This document shows positions 1-8,800 of a stretch of 64,000 bases of DNA, one piece after another (position 1 is the first letter of the stretch; every line of letters begins with the position of its first letter). The stretch covers positions 65,008 through 129,007 of the forward strand of contig JAVLKG010000003.1 of the NCBI GenBank assembly GCA_032128875.1. Reading direction: 5' to 3'. Source of the stretch: Candidatus Melainabacteria bacterium 17Bon1m. GTDB lineage: Bacteria > Cyanobacteriota > Vampirovibrionia > Obscuribacterales > Obscuribacteraceae. The notes beneath the pieces were generated by a model. The model worked only from the letters and a program-made list of their open reading frames with translations. It was not told the DNA's origin and made no database searches. The position numbers and the translations under genes were made by a program.

Positions 1-164
1 TCGCAGCCGAGAAGGAAACAGCAAGATTGGCTGCTGAAAAGGAAGCAGCACTCGCAGCCGAGAAGGAAACAGCAAGATTGGCTGCTGAAAAGGAAGCAGC
101 ACTCGCAGCCGAGAAGGAAACAGCAAGACTGGCTGCTGAAAAGGAAGCAGCACTCGCAGCCGAG
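1..164 (+). repeat. 51-bp coding tandem repeat, at least 3.2 copies (AAEKETARLAAEKEAAL)
   Basis: Unit tcgcagccgagaaggaaacagcaagattggctgctgaaaaggaagcagcac restarts at 1, 52, 103 and 154 (partial). There is one synonymous change in the third copy. Confidence 0.97.
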
Positions 165-1499
165 CGTTTCAAACCAGCCGCCGGAGCCGAAATCGTCCCT
201 GGAATCAAAGTCGATCAAAAGGTTAGCGTCGAAGGCGTCAACTGGACCGCCGTCGGCAAAGTCGAAGATCGCGTCGTATTTAAGAAGGATAGCGGCATCG
301 AGCGCAGCAAGACTCCACAGGAATTTAAGCCGGGAGATTTCAATCGTGTTGAAATCTCCGGAGAGAAGGGGACTTACTTCCAGCGTAAAGGTTCAAATAC
401 CCTCTATCAATACATTCCTATGGATGGAAAGCAGGGCTTGGAGCCTGGTCCAGGCAATGGTTTCATATTTAAACTGGACGGAGTCGAGGCAAAACCGCTT
501 GGTTCTCCTGTTGTACGTGCGATGTTGAAATCAAGTCTGGCGACTCCGGAAACTAAAGTCGAGCCTGTGGAAGTTGCTAAACCAGCTACAGAGCCAGTGA
601 AGCCTGCGAAGGATGTGCTCGCTCCCCATCAATTGGCTGCAGTAAATGCGCTGGACAAGACTATCGCCGAAGCGCAGAAATACATGGCTGAAAAGCCGGT
701 TGGCGAAGCTGGAACATTCAAGTTTGCCGAACCTCTCAAATTGAATTTCCACGACAAGCCTTTGACCGTCAGTGCGATTGAAGTTGTTGACGGCAAAATG
801 TACCTCAAATCCGCGACAGACGGCATGCGCTACAGCGCTGACGCCTGGCTCAACGCAGTCACTGAAGGCCTGCAAGAACGTTCTGCATCGACCACCATCG
901 CTGCAGCTGATGCGCAAGCCGCCAAACTTTCATTGGAAGCCCTTTCAGCCAGTCCTGAAGCACGCATCGCGTTGATTAAAGCATTGGCTACTAATTTCGC
1001 CGCCGAAACCAAGGCAATAGCTCCTGCCGAAGTAGTTGCCGCAACGACCACCCCCCTGAGAAAAGGCGGCGCCCCAAGTACTGGTGCGCCAACAGGCAAT
1101 CTAGTGGCTTCGGGAGGCGGCACTGAAATTCGCCCGACGGAAGCGGGCGGATATGAAGTGAAATCGCCCAAGCCAGGTGAAACCGCTCTGGCAGGCAAGG
1201 AAGCAGTTGGCAAAGAGGAAATTGCCAAATTGCGCTCCAATATCCTGGAAGACAAAGAAAGAAAATACACCCCCGAAGAGAAAAGACGCGCTTTACAGGT
1301 GCTTGAACTCGCCGAACGCGGCAATGTTGAAGCTCGTGAAGCGTTACGCGGAGCAGTCGGTCGTGGCGGTGGCATAGACAAGGCCACTGGTACGGTAGTC
1401 GGCGTCGGTCTAGTTGTGACCACGCTGGCCGGTTGGTACGCATACGAGCAAATGAAGAGCGCCAGAAATCCCTACGTTGCCCGTGCTTCGGTTAACTAA
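3..1499 (+). CDS. 5'-truncated large protein with Ala/Glu/Lys repeats, one beta-rich module and the shared C-terminal membrane-anchor module
   Basis: The frame is open from the window edge; the TTG at 27 lies inside a repeat and is probably not the true start. The last ~295 aa align by eye with the C-termini of 2499..5777 and 15918..22874. It ends in GTVVGVGLVVTTLAGWYAY. Confidence 0.85.
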   Translation, partial: AAEKETARLAAEKEAALAAEKETARLAAEKEAALAAEKETARLAAEKEAALAAERFKPAAGAEIVPGIKVDQKVSVEGVNWTAVGKVEDRVVFKKDSGIERSKTPQEFKPGDFNRVEISGEKGTYFQRKGSNTLYQYIPMDGKQGLEPGPGNGFIFKLDGVEAKPLGSPVVRAMLKSSLATPETKVEPVEVAKPATEPVKPAKDVLAPHQLAAVNALDKTIAEAQKYMAEKPVGEAGTFKFAEPLKLNFHDKPLTVSAIEVVDGKMYLKSATDGMRYSADAWLNAVTEGLQERSASTTIAAADAQAAKLSLEALSASPEARIALIKALATNFAAETKAIAPAEVVAATTTPLRKGGAPSTGAPTGNLVASGGGTEIRPTEAGGYEVKSPKPGETALAGKEAVGKEEIAKLRSNILEDKERKYTPEEKRRALQVLELAERGNVEAREALRGAVGRGGGIDKATGTVVGVGLVVTTLAGWYAYEQMKSARNPYVARASVN

Positions 1500-1519
1500 G
1501 AAGCAATTGGCAGATAAGC

Positions 1520-1543
1520 TGTCCGCCGATTTCATGGCGGACA
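1520..1543 (+). terminator. intergenic hairpin (possible terminator or stabiliser)
   Basis: tgtccgcc-gatttcat-ggcggaca just after the stop at 1499; no clear U-tract. Confidence 0.35.
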
Positions 1544-1570
1544 AACTGGGTACGGATTTAAAGGCTCCTC

Positions 1571-2494
1571 ATGAAGCAGACTGGCTCTGCTGTTCGGTTT
1601 TTACCTAACCTGTTTTCACGTGAATCGGGAGGTTTTGTGGCTATAGAGGCGATGGATATTTCCGGGTCCGAAAAGATTGTAGATTTCTTCCCCTGGCCCT
1701 TTAGTGATTTAGAAGCGGGTGAGTCCCTGGATATTAGTGCTAGGTGGATTCGCTTCAATGCAGCGTGGCTGACACTTAAGCCTGGGTCGGGAGTCGAACG
1801 GAATTTTGCGGTCCAGGGAATTTTTCAAAATGCGGGTCAAAACTTCGTTCTTCTTCGGCAAGCCCGAATGGATGCACTTGGTCGTAACCATGGATCTATT
1901 CTGGCTCGATTGGACTCAAAGCAAGTTTCACTCCTATCGCAAACTGAAGTTCAAGACCTGCGTGTTCAGATTTCCAGCGAGCTAGAGAGTGTCTTTTCGC
2001 TTTCAGAACCAGAACGGCTGCGTAAATATCAGACCCCTCTGGAAAAGGTTGTTGGACCTCTTACCGATTGGAACCTCAATGAAGGTCCGTCCTTTGCTAG
2101 TTTTCAAATTTCTACCAACTACCAGGTCGAAGGTCGGCATCTTAAGGACGTTGATTTTGTCGCGCTCAGTCAGTGGACTGAGGATGAAGGTGAGGTCTTT
2201 GTCAGGCTCAAATCTGTTCAGTCCGGAATTGGTGATCAGTTCAAAGTGCAGTGGCTGGATCGTGCACCTTCTCTAACTTTTGTTGGAGTGTGTAAACCTT
2301 CTGAACTGGAAGACCCAGGGGACGAGCATCTCACCAATATATTTGTGTGCCACGAAACAGGCGCATTTGAAGTCGCAAACGCCAGTCAGATTTTGCAAGC
2401 AGTGTCGAGAGCGTTTGATGCTGCTGAATTGGGTGAGCCGCTGAACAGCGAGCAAGCCATATCAGTCTTCTCTTCAATTACAGGAGAGGGTTGA
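1571..2494 (+). CDS. hypothetical protein (weak DUF1292-like segment)
   Basis: 307-aa ORF filling the gap and ending 4 nt before the next ATG. LTLKPGSGVERNFAVQGIFQNAGQNFVLL..ILARLD..SLLSQTEVQDL loosely resembles the DUF1292 pattern. Confidence 0.7.
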   Translation: MKQTGSAVRFLPNLFSRESGGFVAIEAMDISGSEKIVDFFPWPFSDLEAGESLDISARWIRFNAAWLTLKPGSGVERNFAVQGIFQNAGQNFVLLRQARMDALGRNHGSILARLDSKQVSLLSQTEVQDLRVQISSELESVFSLSEPERLRKYQTPLEKVVGPLTDWNLNEGPSFASFQISTNYQVEGRHLKDVDFVALSQWTEDEGEVFVRLKSVQSGIGDQFKVQWLDRAPSLTFVGVCKPSELEDPGDEHLTNIFVCHETGAFEVANASQILQAVSRAFDAAELGEPLNSEQAISVFSSITGEG

Positions 2495-2498
2495 TACC

Positions 2499-5400
2499 AT
2501 GGGCGGTGGAAATAGAAAACCTAATGAGCCTGAAAACGAGAAGAATCCATTAGAGCGTCCAGTTAAACCGCCTGCGGAAGCTGAGTTCGATGCAGCGGAC
2601 AATATGCTCGATGAAACAGACAAGGCCGCCGAAAAGAAAAATACCGGCAGCCAAGATGGTCGTGGTGCGGGCGACAATCCGGCAGCACAGAAAGTCGAGC
2701 CCGGTATGGAAGTCAAACTCGGCGGCGAAAAATGGAAGATCGACAACCTTGTTCCTGATAAAGGTCTGGTTGTTCTCAAGCAAGAAGGGCGAGGTCGCGG
2801 CTTTGCAGTGATTGGTGAAATCACGACTCCTGAAGAATTGAAAGAGAAGTATGTTGAAACGGAAGTGGGTGGTCGCAAACTATATTCGCTGAAGGGCGAT
2901 AAGAAAGGAGCTGCATACGAAGTTGTGCCAGGGCTTTCGGGCGAAGGCAAAGTGCAGCTTTTCCCTCGCCACGACTTCAGATTTGTGTCATCTGACGAAA
3001 TCAAAGGCGTGCTTGAAGCACAGCAGCGCGTTGAAAGAGTCCAGCGAATGGCTGATGCACTGCGTTTTCCAAAAGGCAAAGAAGTTAATTACGACTACGA
3101 AAATTGGAAAGTTGCAGAGGTTTTAGGCGACAAAGGGCGAGTGTTGCTGCACAATCCCGAGCATGGCAAAGACTATGCGCTCGTCACCACTAGCGTGACT
3201 AAAGAGCAACTGGAAAAAGACTATACGAAGGTACAAGTTGGCAAAGACGAGCTCTATATCAGCGAAAAGGGGCAGGTCATGCAGCGCTCGCCCATGCCGC
3301 AAAGAGGAGACAAGATTCAGCTCTGGCCAAAACATGAATATGAGGCTCCAACGTTTGGTCAGCTAGATGCTGCAATTGCAGCACAAGAGAAGGCGGCAGC
3401 AAAAGCGGCAAAACCTGCAGAAACGGCCAAGGCTGAGAAACCTGCAGGAGAGAAGAAAGCACCAGGCGCCGCTGAAAGTGTAAAACCCGGAGACCATTTT
3501 GATGTCGACGGTGAAAAACTTGTTGTTGCCGAAGTCGACAAAACCGGCAAATATGCGCTGATTGAAGAAAAACCAGGCAACCGACCGGCCAGAGTGATCA
3601 ATCCAAGCATTGAAGAAATGACGCGTGATTTCAAGCCACTAGAAGTCGGCGACAAAGTCTATTACATAAACGATTCTACAGGCGAAGTTTATGAGCCGAC
3701 CGGAAACGGGCGTGAATTGAAGGAAGTGCAGAATCGTTCGGCTTGGCCTGTTAAAGATTTGAAAGTGGCTGCCAGTGAAGAATTCAAAGATATCTTCAAG
3801 GCCGTAGATGCGAACGACAAAGTTGGTGGTGAGCGTGAAATCAACGGACACAAAGTTAAGGTCACGTCTGATGGACCGATGCGCACGCTCAATATCGACG
3901 GTAAAGACTACAGGCTTTTTGGCAGCAGCTGGTTCAGCCATGATTTCACAGGTCCGAACGGAAAAGTGCTTCCGCATGGCGATGTGAAGATACACGTTTA
4001 TGGAAAAGACCCGAAAGACCTCGCTAAGGTTCAAGCGGAGCTTATTCCCGAACTGATTCGCGCTACGGAACCTGGCGGTCCTCTGCATGGCAAGCTGGGT
4101 GGATTTAAGACTCACGATCCCATGCACATGGTTAAGGATGGATGGGAAAATGTCACGCCTATTAATGATGGGCGCTCGGACAAATTTATGCCTGGGCCGA
4201 CTGGTCAGAACGCCAAGGGATTCACAATATATCCGCGCGACGCTGAAGCTGCTAAGCAAGTCCAGGAATATCTGGGCAAATTTTTAGCTGAACGTGGACT
4301 GCGCATGGACGAGAAAGTCGACAGTAAAAACGTTGGCGATCGATCGCTGGATAAATCATCTAATCGCGTTTCTCTCGAGCGCGATCTCTATGAAGTCGGC
4401 ATCGTAGGCAAGGGAGAACAGGGCGCTCTTCTGCCTGCAGAGCAAGAGGCTGCGATTAAAGAGTTCGCGGAAAAGAAAGTGGCTGCCGGCGCCAAAGGTT
4501 GGGAGCAGTTCAAATCCGCAGCAGATCTTTATACGGATGAGTCTCGAACAATGTTGAAGGATGCTGTTCTCAAACAGCTGAATCAGGAATTCAGGCTTGA
4601 TCCGCGATTGTGCTCGCTGGCTTACGCTGATGCGGTTCCGGGCGAGACTCAACGACGTGTGATGCTGGTAAGCAACGATGGATCGCACAATCACAAAGGC
4701 TCATATTATCTCGATGAATCGAAAGCGAGGAAGGAAAAGGACATCACTTACGATAGCGAGGGCAAGCTGAAGACTGGACTTACAGGACGTCCGGCGATGT
4801 ATGAAATTGCCAAAGTGCTATCCGAGTCTACCGGCAAAGATCTTGATCCGGCGATATTGCGCGCCGAGCAAGTTGCTCGCATCAACGCGATTTTGCCGGT
4901 GGAGGAAGCCGCTGCAGTCAACGCATTGAAGAGTACTTTGAAATATGCCGAGGACGCAGCTTCTCGCAGACTGCCCGGTGAAAATGGGCTGCATAAGCTC
5001 GAACAGCCGTTGAAATTGAACTTAGGCGGCAAGCCTTTGAATATTGGTGCAATCGAAGTTGTCGATGGACAGATTTATTTGAAGTCCGCTGAAGACGGTA
5101 CTAGATATCGAGCACAGCCGTGGCTCGATGCAATCACGGAAGGACTGCGTGAAAGGGCTGCTGCAAAGGACGGCACTTCGTATTCTGCAAAGCAGGCTTT
5201 AGCCCAACTTGAGGGCAATCTCGAAGCACGGGTAGCGCTTGTTAATGCTCTGGCAAAGGAGTATGCGTTCAACACCAGAGTACTGACTCCTCCCGCCACC
5301 GAGAAGGCCGCGGAAATTGTTGCTGGAAAGCCACTTCGCAAGGGCGCTGGCAGCCAGGTATTCAGTGGCAATTTTACTCCTTCAGGAGGCGCTGCTGAAA

Positions 5401-5777
5401 TCGGTGTTACCGAAGGTGGTGGCTACAAGGTTACTGAAAAAGGCGGGGAAAAGGGAGGTGCTGTTCCTCGTCGCTTTGAGGAAATTCCGCGCGAAGAAAT
5501 AGCGCAGATGCGAGAGCGCATCATGAACGAGAAAAAGCTTAGTGCAGAAGATCGAGCCGCCAGCTTGCGCGTTCTCGAGCTTGCGCAAGAAGGCGATCCT
5601 CGTGCTCGCGAGGCCATTGGTAGAGCGATGGCTGAGGTGAAAAGAGGCGGATTTGATAAGACCACCGGCGCTGCTGTTGGCGTAGGAATCGTTGTCTCAG
5701 CTCTGGCAGGCTGGTACGCGTATTACAAGATGCAGCAAGCGCGTGAACCATATGTGCCGAAGGCAGTTGTGCGTTAG
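2499..5777 (+). CDS. large modular protein: three beta-rich repeats, a phosphothreonine-lyase-like domain and the shared C-terminal module
   Basis: 1092-aa ORF with SD-like ggagagg upstream. Motifs GDVKIHV, FK and KGFTIYP; C-terminal GAAVGVGIVVSALAGWYAY. Confidence 0.85.
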   Translation: MGGGNRKPNEPENEKNPLERPVKPPAEAEFDAADNMLDETDKAAEKKNTGSQDGRGAGDNPAAQKVEPGMEVKLGGEKWKIDNLVPDKGLVVLKQEGRGRGFAVIGEITTPEELKEKYVETEVGGRKLYSLKGDKKGAAYEVVPGLSGEGKVQLFPRHDFRFVSSDEIKGVLEAQQRVERVQRMADALRFPKGKEVNYDYENWKVAEVLGDKGRVLLHNPEHGKDYALVTTSVTKEQLEKDYTKVQVGKDELYISEKGQVMQRSPMPQRGDKIQLWPKHEYEAPTFGQLDAAIAAQEKAAAKAAKPAETAKAEKPAGEKKAPGAAESVKPGDHFDVDGEKLVVAEVDKTGKYALIEEKPGNRPARVINPSIEEMTRDFKPLEVGDKVYYINDSTGEVYEPTGNGRELKEVQNRSAWPVKDLKVAASEEFKDIFKAVDANDKVGGEREINGHKVKVTSDGPMRTLNIDGKDYRLFGSSWFSHDFTGPNGKVLPHGDVKIHVYGKDPKDLAKVQAELIPELIRATEPGGPLHGKLGGFKTHDPMHMVKDGWENVTPINDGRSDKFMPGPTGQNAKGFTIYPRDAEAAKQVQEYLGKFLAERGLRMDEKVDSKNVGDRSLDKSSNRVSLERDLYEVGIVGKGEQGALLPAEQEAAIKEFAEKKVAAGAKGWEQFKSAADLYTDESRTMLKDAVLKQLNQEFRLDPRLCSLAYADAVPGETQRRVMLVSNDGSHNHKGSYYLDESKARKEKDITYDSEGKLKTGLTGRPAMYEIAKVLSESTGKDLDPAILRAEQVARINAILPVEEAAAVNALKSTLKYAEDAASRRLPGENGLHKLEQPLKLNLGGKPLNIGAIEVVDGQIYLKSAEDGTRYRAQPWLDAITEGLRERAAAKDGTSYSAKQALAQLEGNLEARVALVNALAKEYAFNTRVLTPPATEKAAEIVAGKPLRKGAGSQVFSGNFTPSGGAAEIGVTEGGGYKVTEKGGEKGGAVPRRFEEIPREEIAQMRERIMNEKKLSAEDRAASLRVLELAQEGDPRAREAIGRAMAEVKRGGFDKTTGAAVGVGIVVSALAGWYAYYKMQQAREPYVPKAVVR

Positions 5778-5800
5778 CATTTTTTGTGAGGACTTTCGAC

Positions 5801-8800
5801 ATGGGCGATACTGCAAAGCCTGGAAAGAAGGAAGACGAGGTCAAACGGCCCCCGACTCCTGAAGAATTGCCGCAACCAGAAGAGCTTGATGATGAGGAAG
5901 GTAGTTTAGCCGATGAGGCTGATGAGCTCTTCGAGGAGCAGGGTGGAGACCCTGAGCGTGCCGGGGAAGGCAAGGGCGAAGCAGGTTTGGAAAAGCTGCA
6001 ATTTCCTCTCAATGTCGTTGAGTCGGAAGAGGATAAGCGCACTGCCAAGTTGCAGGACTTCCTGATTCAGAAATTGGAAAGGGTCTATCTTCCGATTGAA
6101 GGAAAAGACGAAGCGTACATGACTGACCTGCTAGAGCGCATGAAGAAAGAGCGCTCAGGTGAGGTCAATAAAACCAATCCTGGTCATCCTGAGTTTGGCG
6201 CAGCAACTAAAGAGTTGTTTGCCGCTTATAAAAATAATTTGGAAAATCGGCAGCTGAAATCGGTAATGACCGAGTTGTCGACCATGGATCTTGGTTCGCC
6301 TTCTTTGAGTCCTGAGCGCCTGAGAATGGAGAACCATGCCGGCAAGATGCTCCCAGAGACACCGGCGTCATTTCTCGCGAGAATGCGGCGGGGAGATACG
6401 GAATTTAAACTGCAGACGGCCGAAAGCGGAAAAATGGTCGACGTCGATACCAATAAGCTCCCAACTGATGATGTTTTCAAACGCATCCAGTCTGCCGAAG
6501 ATTTCATGACTTGGGCAAACGACAAGGTGATCCTCGATCGCAAATTGCGCTATCACGAGAATCTTTTAGAAGAACGAATCAAGAAAGAGGGCTGGCCGAA
6601 AGAGTGGTTGGAAAGCCCGATGAAACAAACCAATCGAGCTGGTTGGTGTATGGCTGTTATGGAGCGCATGACTGACTCGACAAGCATGGCTCGCTCAATT
6701 GAATCGCTGTACGCTATGCGTACAAAGCAAGGCATGGCCAACTATGGCGATGAAGCCTTAAAAAATCTTCCGAAGCATGTTCATGTTGAAACTGAAAAGC
6801 GCGACGGCAAAGAGTACGTCAAGCGGGTTACGTTTGACCAGCCGCTTGATCTTGATCTGCGCAATCCCGACTTTCTCAAGAATCGCCAGGGTGAAGTTAA
6901 CTGGCAGACCAAGCATGGACGCGAAATCGACAAGCTCGTAATGAAGAGCGATATGGCTCACGCGAATATCAAAAACTGGCTTTTCCAGGGCGATATCAAA
7001 GTGCCCGGTATGCAGGTCATTGTCGATAAAAAGACCAATGAAATTCTCGGCATGCACAAGAAAGATGTGCTGAAAGACCCGGCAAAAATGGAGATGATTC
7101 TTCAGGAAGCAGGCAAAAAACGTTCTGATGTGACAATTGAAGATGCTGATATGATGCGCTGCCGCATCAATGCAGGCGAAGAACGTGGTGAAAGTGGGGA
7201 GTTGAAATTCGTCACGATAGATTATGGCGTGCAGTATGGATTGACTCCGCCCATCAATTACCACAACCTTTTCATGTCGCCAATCGGCAAGCCCAGCCGT
7301 CCTTCTGCAGAAGGAGAAGCTGACGGTCTGCAGCGTTTCAAGCCAGATGAGATTGTAATCGGTAGAGATGGTCATGGCGAAGATAAGCCGATGCCGGCGA
7401 AAGATGTCGCGCTCTATGCTCAATGCGAAGACTTGAAACGTGCGCTGGATGTTGGTGTTTCGGTGGTAATGGATGCGTCGATGATTCTTGGTGTGGGCGC
7501 CGCCTTCCAGGGTGTACGCCTGGTCAGAGCAGCACACGGCGCTATGGATTTGATTCGTGCCGGACAAGCCGGTATGGCGGTCGCCAACGGTGTTGCATCG
7601 AAAGAAATGGCGGCGGTGGGCTACAGAATGATCCGCCACGGTGTTAAGGACTTCGCGCTGGGTGCCTCCGCTTTCATTAATAACGACACTGTACAGCAGT
7701 ACCGTGGATATTATTTTCTCGGTCATGCTGCTTCCGGGTTGCCCGGCGTCAATCGCATCACAGGCGCTATAGCTGGGCGTTTTGGTGGTGCTCGAGACGT
7801 AGAAACTCTTAAGTCTTTGAAGGACGCAGCTTTGGCTGACGGCAAAACTCTGAAAGAAGTTCGATCGTTGGGGCTTTCGGAAGGCGCTTTCTATTCAGCA
7901 ACAAAGCCGCTTGCAGAAAAGGGCTTCAAATACAGCAATTATGCCTTTGCAGGAATACTCAGTCATGAGTTGTGGAAACAGTCTGAGTTCATCAATGGTA
8001 TCGGTTCTGCCGACGGTTTTGCGATTGCTAAAGACCGTATGAAAGGCGTCGATACGCAAGGCAAGAAGCGTACGCCCGAAGAAGAACGCGTTCGTCAAGA
8101 TGAAGTGCATCGTACTGCCAGCCGTATTTTGGAAGACTACAGCAAGAGCACGACTGGAAATGGCGCCGAAGTAAAATCGATTGCAGATCGGACAAAGGCA
8201 CTGTTGGAGCCACCTCCCAAGGAATTGAAAGGCGCCGAGCTGGATGCCTGGAATGCAAAACGCAAGGCGGATATTGAACAGTTCCAAAAAGATTTGCGTG
8301 CCAATTATTTGCAGTTTGACGGAAAGCGTGTCGCTGATCTGGAGCGTCAGCGTGCAGAGAAAACGCCTTCGAATGCAACAGATGTCGGCAAACTGCAAGA
8401 CGACCCGGTGTACGTTCAAAGTGTGAAGCTGGAAGGCGATAAACTCGCTGCAGCAGTCGAGGCGTACCGAGCCAAAGAGGAAGAGTACAAAAAACTCGGC
8501 GAAGCAAAAGATGACGCGGAAAGAGCTCAGCGCAGAGATGATTTAGCCAAACTGAAATTTCAAAAAGAGTTTGCCCAGGACCGTTATGACAGCGCTGCTT
8601 CTGGTCAAACTTTGGCTGTGCGAGGATTGGAAACATCAGATCCAAAGTTGGACAACGGTGCGCCGGAGCGAAAGTTTGCCGACCGTCTGGATGCGCAGAA
8701 AGCCGCTGCTCTAGCTTACATGCTGCTGTATTCCGCAGACGGCAAAGAGCTGCCTGCTGATGGCGTTCTTGCAAAAGATTCAATGACAATTCCTGGTTGG

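Noticed and set aside
1-164. Regular direct repeats resembling a CRISPR array
   Set aside because: The units are head-to-tail with no spacers, are a multiple of 3 nt, lie in a coding frame, and no cas genes are present.
3900-4400. Lanthipeptide (class III/IV) biosynthetic cluster
   Set aside because: Only a lyase-like domain is seen; there is no kinase or cyclase domain, precursor peptide or transporter.
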